DNA of 64,000 bases. It comes from Desulfomonilia bacterium. GTDB taxonomy: Bacteria > Desulfobacterota > Desulfomonilia > UBA1062. Both the position numbers and the translations under genes were made by a program. Location of the stretch: assembly GCA_963664325.2 (NCBI GenBank), contig CAXXDQ010000004.1:768001-832000 (forward strand), written 5' to 3'. Shown piece by piece: positions 1 through 9,116 of the stretch (position 1 is the first letter of the stretch; each line of letters opens with the position of its first letter). The notes beneath the pieces are model-generated. The model had not been told where the DNA came from. It ran no database searches and saw nothing but the letters and a program-made list of their open reading frames with translations.

Positions 1-2
1 TG

Positions 3-1658
3 ATTTCATCAGGCGCGTGCACGAGCGAGATACCTGTACCTGCAGCAACAAGCTGCGCTGACCTTACCGCGGCCGGCCTTGTATGCAGCGTATCCCAAAG
101 CTGCAGCGACACGGTTCTGGCCGGTATGGTGATAAGCCAGGATCCGCCCGAGGGCACAATGGTGGCACCCGGCACAACGGTGTCACTGGTAATTTCCACA
201 GGCCCGTGCGGGGCAGAGATTGAAGTGCCCAATGCCACTAGCTGCGAAGATGTCGTAGCGGCGGGATTCGTCTGCAGCCGTGTAAGGGAATGCAACGATA
301 CCGTGCCGCTTGACGCGGTCATCAGCCAGTCCCCGGCGCCCTATACCATGGCAATGCCCGGCTCCACAGTGACGCTGACGCTCTCTACAGGGCCATGCCC
401 ATTGCTGGTGCCTGATGCGCATACCTGTGCCGACCTGACGGCAGTTGGCCTTGCGTGCAACCTTGTTGAGACCTGCAGCAACGCCAATCCAATACCCGGC
501 ACACGCCTGAGCATCAGCCCGCCCGTTGGTACGCCTACGGAACTTGGCGCTGTCGTGACGCTCGAACTGTCGAACGGTCCCTGCACAGTGGAAGTGCCTT
601 CGGCTGGGGACTGCGACGACATAACCGGCACCGGCTGGCTCCTGTGCAGCACGAGCATGCAGTGCAGCGATACCATTCCCGAAGGTAATGTGATAAGCCA
701 GGATCCGCTGCCGGGCACCATTGTCCCGCCGGGATCAACTGTTCAGCTTGTCATTTCCAGCGGACCATGCACGATACAGCTTTCGACACCGCAGAATGTG
801 CAGGCCTCTGATGTCATACTGACATCTGGTACCAACCCGCTTCTCAACCACAACTTCAACGACAAGGTCAGGGTCACATGGGATGCCGTACCGTATGCCG
901 AGACCTACAAGGTATACCGCGCGGATTCGCCCACAGGCACCTATTACCTTGCAGGGACAGTCATTGCCCCGGATACGACATTCGACGATATGCAGACCGA
1001 GGTGCTGAGCCTGCCCGCCTGGCCCGACCCGCTGACATCGGGAGCGCTGGACGCCTACGAGGCAGCAGCGAGACCGATCGTAAACGACTTCAAGGGCTTC
1101 AAATATTACAAGGTAAGGGCATGCAGCGCCGATCCGCTGCACCCCAACAGTGAACTGAGCGCCTTTGACGAAGGCCGCATTGACTATACGCTGGAGGAAT
1201 TCTACGAGATCGCAACAGGCGTGATCGAGGGAATACCGATGGCAAGGATGATACTTTCGGCCGAGCCGCTGGCAGTCGGTACCAATATGTACTACTACGA
1301 CGATTGCAGCCTTACCGGTCAGATGCATGTCCTAGTTACCGAAGATGATCCAGTATTGATGGATATAACCGTTTCCAACTTCGTCGAATCACTGGTCTAT
1401 GGCGGTGGCGGTGGAGGCGGAATGAACTGCACCGAAAGCCTTGGCAGGCGCATGATAACGAACAGTGCGACCTCGGGTCATCTCGATGCGGACCTGAACG
1501 GTACCCTGACAGGTTCGATGGACTTCACGGGCAATTACGCCGGCAAGTTCACCAGCATGAGTGTCCCTGTCGCCCTCGGAGTGCTGCAGACCGGAACATG
1601 CACGGTCATATACAACGGCCAGACTGCAACCGGGCACGCCTGCAGTTTCTTCGATTAA
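3..1658 (+). CDS. Cys-rich PASTA-like repeat surface protein with Fn3-like domain (5'-partial)
   Basis: Frame is open from the window start (ISSGACTSEIPVP...). ~60-aa repeats VP..C....GxxC.....CxxxxPxxxVISQxP..G..V.L..SxGPC. Fn3-like segment TPQNVQASD...VTWDAVPYAETYKVYR. Paralog of 6930..9101. Confidence 0.8.
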   Translation: MSSGACTSEIPVPAATSCADLTAAGLVCSVSQSCSDTVLAGMVISQDPPEGTMVAPGTTVSLVISTGPCGAEIEVPNATSCEDVVAAGFVCSRVRECNDTVPLDAVISQSPAPYTMAMPGSTVTLTLSTGPCPLLVPDAHTCADLTAVGLACNLVETCSNANPIPGTRLSISPPVGTPTELGAVVTLELSNGPCTVEVPSAGDCDDITGTGWLLCSTSMQCSDTIPEGNVISQDPLPGTIVPPGSTVQLVISSGPCTIQLSTPQNVQASDVILTSGTNPLLNHNFNDKVRVTWDAVPYAETYKVYRADSPTGTYYLAGTVIAPDTTFDDMQTEVLSLPAWPDPLTSGALDAYEAAARPIVNDFKGFKYYKVRACSADPLHPNSELSAFDEGRIDYTLEEFYEIATGVIEGIPMARMILSAEPLAVGTNMYYYDDCSLTGQMHVLVTEDDPVLMDITVSNFVESLVYGGGGGGGMNCTESLGRRMITNSATSGHLDADLNGTLTGSMDFTGNYAGKFTSMSVPVALGVLQTGTCTVIYNGQTATGHACSFFD

Positions 1659-1667
1659 GAGGAGGTT

Positions 1668-4179
1668 ATGATGAGAAAACACATTCTATTGCTTTTTATC
1701 GTTCTGCTGGCGGCTATGCTGAGCGGGTGTATTGTCTACAAGACACCTTCGGCCAACAATGTCGTCATGTCATACGGCCAGACCAAGACCTTCAGCGTCA
1801 AGGTCGCTGCAACCAATGACAAGCTCTACTGGTACATAGACAATGTCCCCCAGGCTGTCCCGGTTACCACGACATCGATCTCCTACACGGCAACCGGCGG
1901 ACATCATACAATTATATGCCGTGCGGTGTATGTATTCGACCGTGTCCTCGAGGACACGGCAGTCTGGTATGTAGACTCTAACAGTCCGCCAACGGCGAGT
2001 GCGGGGGATGACCAGCTCGTCGGTGAAGGCATAACAGTGACGCTGGACGGTTCCAACTCCAGCGACCCGGACAGCGATATAGTGTCCTATGCCTGGGTGC
2101 AGACAGACGGGCCTGCGGTCACACTCACCGGTGCCGATACCGACAAGCCGACATTTACGTCACCCACCGTAGGCATGGGCGGGGCCTCGCTCGGCTTCCA
2201 GCTGACCGTGACTGACGCCACGGCACTGACTTCCACTGCAACCACAATAGTCAACGTCTCCTGGTCCAACGCCCCGCCGTCAGCCAATGCAGGGCCTGAC
2301 CAGCTGGTTGGCCAGGAAGAGCTGGTAACGCTGGACGCATCGGCATCCACAGACTCAGATGACGGCATCGCCTCATACTCATGGCAGCAGATAGCAGGGC
2401 CTCTGCCCTTCGTTACGCTGTCAGACCCGGCCGCTATCAACCCGACATTCACATCCCCGATAGTGGGCCAGGGCGGAGAGGCGCTTGTATTCAAACTTAC
2501 AGTTACCGATGTCGGCGGACTCAAAGCGACAGACACCGTCATCGTCAACGTCTCCTGGTCCAACACCCCGCCAGTAGCCATTGCGGGACCTGACCAGACC
2601 AAGGCCGAGGGCAGCGTGGTTACACTCGACGCATCGTCCTCATACGATACCGACGACGGCATCGCATCCTACTCCTGGGTGCAGACTGGCGGAGCATCGG
2701 TGACACTCAGCAACCCGCATGCCATCAAGCCGACATTCACGACACCCGATGTAGGCATGGCCGGAGATGTCCTGACATTCGAACTCACGGTCACCGACCG
2801 CGGCGGGCTGCAAGCGACAGACTCTGTAGTAATCGACATCACATGGGTGAACGCGCCGCCCGTGGCCGAAGCGGGTCCGAACCAGACCGTGGAGAAAGGC
2901 CTGGTGGCAACGCTCAACGGCACGGGCTCGACCGATCCTGACGACGGGATTGCATCCTATCTCTGGCAGCAGACAGGCGGGCCGGCCGTAACACTTGTGG
3001 ATGCCAATACGTCAATCGCAACATTCACGGCGAACGTCGCGGTCAATTCGGTGCTCACCTTCAGGCTGACCGTGACCGATGTAAACGGGCTCTTCACTTC
3101 AGACACATGCACGGTCACCGTTGTTGCGGTGCCCATATTTGTAAATATCTCCGGCGGATTTAATTTCTCCGCCGCCATCAAGAGCGACGGTACGCTCTGG
3201 ACCTGGGGCCTCAACGCCTATGGCCAGCTCGGCCAGGGCGACCTGGTAAACAGGCTGGTCCCGACACAGGTGGGAACCGACACCAACTGGGCATCAGTGG
3301 CTGCCGGCAGCTACCATACCGTTGCAATCAAGACCGACGGGACTCTCTGGGCCTGGGGCTACAACGCCGACGGCCAGCTTGGCGACGGGACCACTGCTAC
3401 CAAGATCGTCCCGACCAAGATAGGAACAGGCACCAGCTGGATCGTGGTGGACGCAGGGGCAATGTACACCGTGGCCATGAAGAACGACGCCTCGCTCTGG
3501 TGCTGGGGTGACAACAGCAAAGGCCAGCTCGGCGACGGCACAACGACGGGCAGGCTTGCGCCGACACGCATAGGAGCCAGCAACACCTGGGTCATGATAG
3601 ACTCCGGCCTGCAGCATACCGCGGCCGTTGACTCCAGCGGCAGGCTCTGGTGCTGGGGCCTCAACGCGTTCGGCCAGCTCGGCGACGGTACCATGGTAAA
3701 TAAGCTTGTTTCCCACCCAGATCGGCACAGGCACCACCTGGGTCTATGCAAGCGCCGGCGACAACCACACCGTTGCCAGGAAGGCGGACGGGACTCTGTG
3801 GGCCTGCGGTTCCAACAGCAACGGCCAGCTCGGACTCGGTGACCTGGCGGACAGGCTGACCCTGACGCAGGTAGGCTCGGATACCGACTGGGGCCGGGCA
3901 GATGCCGGAACCACGCACACCGCAGCAGTGAAGGCCAGCGGTACGCTCTGGTGCTGGGGCTATAACAGCAACGGCCAGCTCGGCGACGGCACCACTACCG
4001 ACAGCCTGGTGCCGATACAGATCGGAACCGACACAGACTGGGCCTCCGCAGACTCCGGCTATTACCATTCCCTTGGCATCAAGGCAGGCACAGCGCTATG
4101 GGCATGGGGTAAGAACAACGACGGCCAGCTCGGCGACGGGACCACTGTGGACGAGTGGACTCCGGTGTCGATCTGGTGA
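1668..4179 (+). CDS. PKD-like + RCC1-repeat lipoprotein, frameshifted at ~3710
   Basis: RBS GGAGG; lipobox LSGC; four PxAxAGxDQ...LDxSxSxD repeats; GQLGDG RCC1 repeats continue in ORF 3706..4179. Removing one T from GTTTCCC (3708-3714) restores KLVPTQIG. Confidence 0.8.
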
Positions 4180-4304
4180 CGGTACAGGAAGACAGTCCAT
4201 GAAGCGCTTAATCTTAAATAGAGCATCATCAGGGATCCCGCGGAACCGGGAGGGAACGACTGCAACTGCAGTGTTGCACGTCAAATAAAATGCAGGAGGT
4301 TAAA

Positions 4305-6812
4305 ATGAAGAGAAATGCAATCTTGCTAGCCATGCTATCGATCATGGCAATATGGTTGAGTGGCTGCATAACGGGCCACAGCCCTAGCGGTGATGTGAAA
4401 ATCACTACAGGGGATTCTCAGAAATTCTCGGTAACGGGATCGAATAACGGACCTTACACATGGTACTGGGACAACGTCCTCATTACGGGGACCGCTGGCA
4501 CCTCCTACACCTACCTTGCCAAATCGGCGGATGTAGGTGAGCACGTCCTGAGGGTCGAGACAACGGACACGACCACCGGCGCTCTGCTCACCCTTGAATG
4601 GAATGTGACTGTCGTCGAGGACATCAAGCCGGTGGCAGTCATCTCGGGCTCCAATCCGCTGGACTTGACCTTTGACGGCGTCACCCCGGTCACGCTCGAC
4701 GGCAGCAGCAGCTTCGACCCGGAAAGCAAGCCTCTCAGCTACATCTGGGAGATTGTGGCGCAACCAGCGGGCAGCACTGCAAAAATTGACAATCCGGGCG
4801 CCATGATCACGAGCTTCATCCCTGACAAGATCGGCGCCTACACCATCCGCCTGATGGTGAACGACGGCAGGCTGAACAGCACAGGCGCCGGGCTGGTAGT
4901 CAACGTCTACACAAACAACGTGCCGCCTACCGCCAATGCCGGACCTGACCAGAACGTTCTGTTCGGCAACACCGCCCTGCTCGACGGGACAGGCAGCTTC
5001 GATCCTGAAGCCCAGCCGCTCACCTACAAGTGGGCCATAGACTCAGGCCCGTCAGGCACAGCGGCCACATTAGACGATCCAACAAAGGCCCAGCCGGTCT
5101 TCACGCCGGATATGAAGGGCATGTACGTAATCAGCCTGGTGGTGAACGACGGCGAGCTCGACAGCAACATGGACTTCGTCGTCATAACGGTCTTCAGCGA
5201 CGCGCCTGTGGCCGATGCGGGCGCCGCCATATTAGTCCCTGATCTCGGAGGCACAGCGCACCTGGACGGCAGTGCAAGCTATGACCCGGACGGAAGGCCT
5301 CTCACCTACGAGTGGTCGCTCATATCAAAGCCAAAGAGCAGCACTGCTGAACTCAGCAGCACGACAATCGTCAACCCGACGCTGACCTGCGACAAAAAGG
5401 GCGCGTATGTGGCAAAGCTCACAGTGAACAACGGCGATCTCAGCGCCTCGGACCAGGTGCTCATCACATGCAGCGACCAGGTGCCGGTTGCTAACGCAGG
5501 TCCTGACATAGAGATACCCTTCTTCAGCACCGCCAATCTCGACGGAAGCGCGAGCTATGACCCGGACAATGACCCGATCACCTACGCATGGTCGATCGTC
5601 TCTGCACCATCGGGCAGCACTGCAGCACTTTCAAGCACCACCATCGTCAACCCGACCTTCACTCCGGACGTAAGGGGTGTTTATGAGATCAGCCTTATAG
5701 TTACGGACAACGACGTTCCACCGATCTCCAGCGCACCCGACACGGTGCTGGTGACTGTCAAAAACCATCCGCCTGTAGCCGATGCCGGCGCTGACATCAA
5801 CGTCAGCCTAAACGGCACAGCCAGCCTCTTTGGCAGCGGCTCCGACTTCGACGGGGACGCCATAGTGGGCTATGCATGGACCATCATCAGCGCGCCTTAC
5901 GGCAGCACGGCAGCTATTTCCGACCCGGCCATAGCCGACCCGACATTCACGCCCGACATTAGGGGCGACTATACTCTGGGCCTCTCGGTTTACGACGGTA
6001 TGGACTGGAGCGCAGTGAACACCATGCAGGTTCACGTGTTCACGAACAGGCCTATCGCAGTCGCCGGCCCTGACCAGGCTGTGCATTATGCCAACCGCAA
6101 CAATATCAATCTTGATGGCACCGCAAGCTATGACCCGGACGGAAACCCGATCATGGGCTACCGCTGGGAGGTTGTATCCAAACCGGCGGGAAGCAACCCT
6201 GTGCTTTCGAATGACCTGATCGCCAAGCCGACACTGTCGATCGATAAATTCGGCACGTACCAGGTCAACCTGATCGTAACCAATGGAAACATCGAAAGCC
6301 CTCCAAGCACCATCACAATCACCACGCCGTATACCAGCGTCATAACAGAAAATTGGGAAAGCGGCGTTGGAACTTGGACATCAGTTAATACCGGCAGCGT
6401 GACTTCCGTTGGAATATCAACTTATTCGTATCACTCCGCCACTCATTGCTGGTCGGCATCATCAGGCGCTGCGGGTGGATGTTCCGGTCAGACAAATACC
6501 CACCGGGTCCATAAGGCTCTGCCTGCAGGCACACATGTTGTTAAGCTGAGCGTATGGAATGCTTATAGAATTACCACAACTTCTCTTGGGTTAACGGGCG
6601 GAGTATCTAATCAGATGTTTTATACTAATACAACTGCTTTAGGCAGTATACCTCAGTCCGGCTCTCAGATGACGTGGGTTTATAACGAACTTACGCTCAA
6701 CCAGGAATTAACCGACATCGGACTGTATGTCGAGCTTTTTGGTATGAATTTCCTGGGGACTGCATCTGGTTTAATATACTGGGATGATCTTCAAATTACT
6801 GTATGGAGTTAA
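4305..6812 (+). CDS. PKD-like repeat lipoprotein with C-terminal beta-sandwich (carbohydrate-binding-like) domain
   Basis: GGAGG RBS before ATG 4305; lipobox LSGC; ~6 LDGxxSxDP/PxAxAG repeats; C-terminal TENWESG...YWDDLQIT. Confidence 0.8.
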   Translation: MKRNAILLAMLSIMAIWLSGCITGHSPSGDVKITTGDSQKFSVTGSNNGPYTWYWDNVLITGTAGTSYTYLAKSADVGEHVLRVETTDTTTGALLTLEWNVTVVEDIKPVAVISGSNPLDLTFDGVTPVTLDGSSSFDPESKPLSYIWEIVAQPAGSTAKIDNPGAMITSFIPDKIGAYTIRLMVNDGRLNSTGAGLVVNVYTNNVPPTANAGPDQNVLFGNTALLDGTGSFDPEAQPLTYKWAIDSGPSGTAATLDDPTKAQPVFTPDMKGMYVISLVVNDGELDSNMDFVVITVFSDAPVADAGAAILVPDLGGTAHLDGSASYDPDGRPLTYEWSLISKPKSSTAELSSTTIVNPTLTCDKKGAYVAKLTVNNGDLSASDQVLITCSDQVPVANAGPDIEIPFFSTANLDGSASYDPDNDPITYAWSIVSAPSGSTAALSSTTIVNPTFTPDVRGVYEISLIVTDNDVPPISSAPDTVLVTVKNHPPVADAGADINVSLNGTASLFGSGSDFDGDAIVGYAWTIISAPYGSTAAISDPAIADPTFTPDIRGDYTLGLSVYDGMDWSAVNTMQVHVFTNRPIAVAGPDQAVHYANRNNINLDGTASYDPDGNPIMGYRWEVVSKPAGSNPVLSNDLIAKPTLSIDKFGTYQVNLIVTNGNIESPPSTITITTPYTSVITENWESGVGTWTSVNTGSVTSVGISTYSYHSATHCWSASSGAAGGCSGQTNTHRVHKALPAGTHVVKLSVWNAYRITTTSLGLTGGVSNQMFYTNTTALGSIPQSGSQMTWVYNELTLNQELTDIGLYVELFGMNFLGTASGLIYWDDLQITVWS

Positions 6813-6823
6813 TAACGGCTGGC

Positions 6824-6860
6824 AGTGCAGAGGGAAGGTTCGATCCCTTCCCTTTGCACT
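6824..6860 (+). terminator. 15-bp stem-loop after lipoprotein gene (terminator or mRNA stabiliser)
   Basis: AGTGCAGAGGGAAGG / CCTTCCCTTTGCACT with one G-U pair; no strong U tract. Confidence 0.55.
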
Positions 6861-6929
6861 TGACCCTAAAGGGGCCGGCCGAAAAGGCCTCCTTGGAAGG
6901 GCGATTATAATAATAAACGGAGGTAATGC

Positions 6930-9101
6930 ATGAAAAGAAACATTAAATTATTATTGATAATGATGATACCGCTGCTGGTATTGTCGGGGTGTATTATATC
7001 ATCCAACCCCCCGGCCGGTACCATTAAGCTAACCTGGGGCCAGAGCCAGACCTTCAAGGTTATCGGCATAGGGACCAATCAATGGTATCTGGACAGCGCC
7101 CCGCTTACAGGCGAGACCAAATCCAGCTATGTTTTCAAGAGTACCGAACATGTGCTCGGGACCTATCAGCTCAAGGTCATATCGACATCTCCGTTAGGCA
7201 ACGGTGAGCGCGACTGGACGATCACGGTAAGCTCTGTTCCGGTCCTTGTACCTGCTGCAGCAGGCTGTGCTGATGTCTGGGGCGTGGGCCTCGTCTGCTC
7301 CACTGAAACCAGTTGCAGCGACACTGTGGCTGAAGGAGAAGTGATCACCCAGTCGCCTGCGGCAGGTAAAAGCGTACCGGCAGGCTCGACCGTGCAGCTG
7401 ACCCTTTCCTCCGGCCTGTGCGGCATCCACGAGATCAAGGTGCCTGCGGCGATCAGCTGCGCATCCGTCGAGGCGGCAGGTTTCGTATGCAGCACGACAA
7501 CAAGCTGCAGCAACGATGTGCCGGCCGGAATAGTCCTCGAACAGACTCCGGCTGCCGACACGATGGCCATGCCTGGCACCACGGTCAACCTGGTCCTCTC
7601 ATCAGGCCCGTGCACTGCCGAGGTCGAGGTGCCGAACGCGACGAGCTGCGCCGACGTCGAAGCGGCGGGCTTTGTCTGCAGCCGTTTATACGAGTGCAGC
7701 ATGACCGTGCCCATAGACGCTGTGATCAGCCAGTCACCGTCTCCAGGCATGATGGAGATGCCGGGCTCGGTCGTAGAACTGACGCTTTCCTCAGGAATAT
7801 GCAAGATGCAGGTACCGGACGCGACCACGTGCGAGGAACTCACGGAAGTGGGCCTTGTCTGCAACCTGGTGAATGTATGCGACAACGCGCATCCGACGCC
7901 AGGCGAATTCATAAGCCTGAGCCCGGTCGCAGGAACGCCAATCGCACCTGGCGCGACAGTGACGCTCACGCAGTCTATCGGCCCGTGCACCGTGATTGTG
8001 CCTGATGCTGCGAGCTGCGCAGACATAACCGCAACCGGCTGGCTCACATGCAACCTCGTAACCGAGTGCAACGACGATATCCCGGCCGGAAATAAAATCA
8101 GCCAGAACCCGGCACCCGGCACTGAGGTGGCCGCCGGATCATCTGTCGAGCTGGTCATCAGCACCGGCAAATGCCCTGTAATGCTGCCCACGCCGACAAA
8201 CGTGAGCGCGACCGACGTGGTCCTGACCTCTCAGACCGACCCGATGCTCAACCACAACCTGAACGACAGGGTTACGGTGACATGGACAGGGGTCGCAGGC
8301 GCCGAGTACTACAAGGTCTACCGCGCCGACTCTCCAGTCAGCACATACAACTACATCGGCAGGACAGTAGGGACAGAGACCACATACAACGACATGCAGA
8401 GCGCGCAGACCATTCCGACCCTGGTGATACCACCGATGCCCGACATGCCGAACGGCCAGGGCAAGCAGGCCCAGAACTCGGCAGCGCTGGATGCCTACGA
8501 ACTCGTGGTAAGGCCTATTGTCCAGCAGTTCAAGGACTTCAAGTATTACAAGGTGAAGGCCTCAACCACAGACCCGGCATTCCTGGACAGCGCGTTCAGC
8601 AACTATGACGAGGGGCGCATGGACTACACGCTCGACGAGTTCTACGTCGTCTCGAAGGGCGTAATCGATGGCATACCGCTTGCGAGGCTGATGATAGCCG
8701 GCGACCCGATAGGCCTGGGCACGAACGCATACTGGTATGACAACTGCGGCGACGGCAACATGCACTTCACCATTACCATATCGGGCACAAGCGGCCTGAT
8801 CACCATGACCGTCACCAACTTCGTCGAGTCCGCGTACTTCAACCTGCTGAACAACACCATGGACTGCAGCCCGACAAAGAGAAAGCAGATGATAACCAAT
8901 ACCGTGAACCCCGTTTCAGGCACGGTAAACACCAGCATGAACGGCACTTTGACAAGTGCGGGGGGATTGGTGGTCACCGGTAACTATGTAGGTAAGATGA
9001 CCACCATAAGCATCCCGGTCACAGGTGGGAACATAATGCCAGGCACATGCACAATCATCTACAACGGCCAGACCGTAACCGGTCATGCGTTCGAGTTCTA
9101 G
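6930..9101 (+). CDS. Cys-rich PASTA-like repeat lipoprotein with Fn3-like domain
   Basis: GGAGG RBS; lipobox LSGC; five Cys-containing PASTA-like repeats; C-terminal half closely matches 3..1658. Confidence 0.82.
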   Translation: MKRNIKLLLIMMIPLLVLSGCIISSNPPAGTIKLTWGQSQTFKVIGIGTNQWYLDSAPLTGETKSSYVFKSTEHVLGTYQLKVISTSPLGNGERDWTITVSSVPVLVPAAAGCADVWGVGLVCSTETSCSDTVAEGEVITQSPAAGKSVPAGSTVQLTLSSGLCGIHEIKVPAAISCASVEAAGFVCSTTTSCSNDVPAGIVLEQTPAADTMAMPGTTVNLVLSSGPCTAEVEVPNATSCADVEAAGFVCSRLYECSMTVPIDAVISQSPSPGMMEMPGSVVELTLSSGICKMQVPDATTCEELTEVGLVCNLVNVCDNAHPTPGEFISLSPVAGTPIAPGATVTLTQSIGPCTVIVPDAASCADITATGWLTCNLVTECNDDIPAGNKISQNPAPGTEVAAGSSVELVISTGKCPVMLPTPTNVSATDVVLTSQTDPMLNHNLNDRVTVTWTGVAGAEYYKVYRADSPVSTYNYIGRTVGTETTYNDMQSAQTIPTLVIPPMPDMPNGQGKQAQNSAALDAYELVVRPIVQQFKDFKYYKVKASTTDPAFLDSAFSNYDEGRMDYTLDEFYVVSKGVIDGIPLARLMIAGDPIGLGTNAYWYDNCGDGNMHFTITISGTSGLITMTVTNFVESAYFNLLNNTMDCSPTKRKQMITNTVNPVSGTVNTSMNGTLTSAGGLVVTGNYVGKMTTISIPVTGGNIMPGTCTIIYNGQTVTGHAFEF

Positions 9102-9116
9102 GATGAGGAGGATGTT

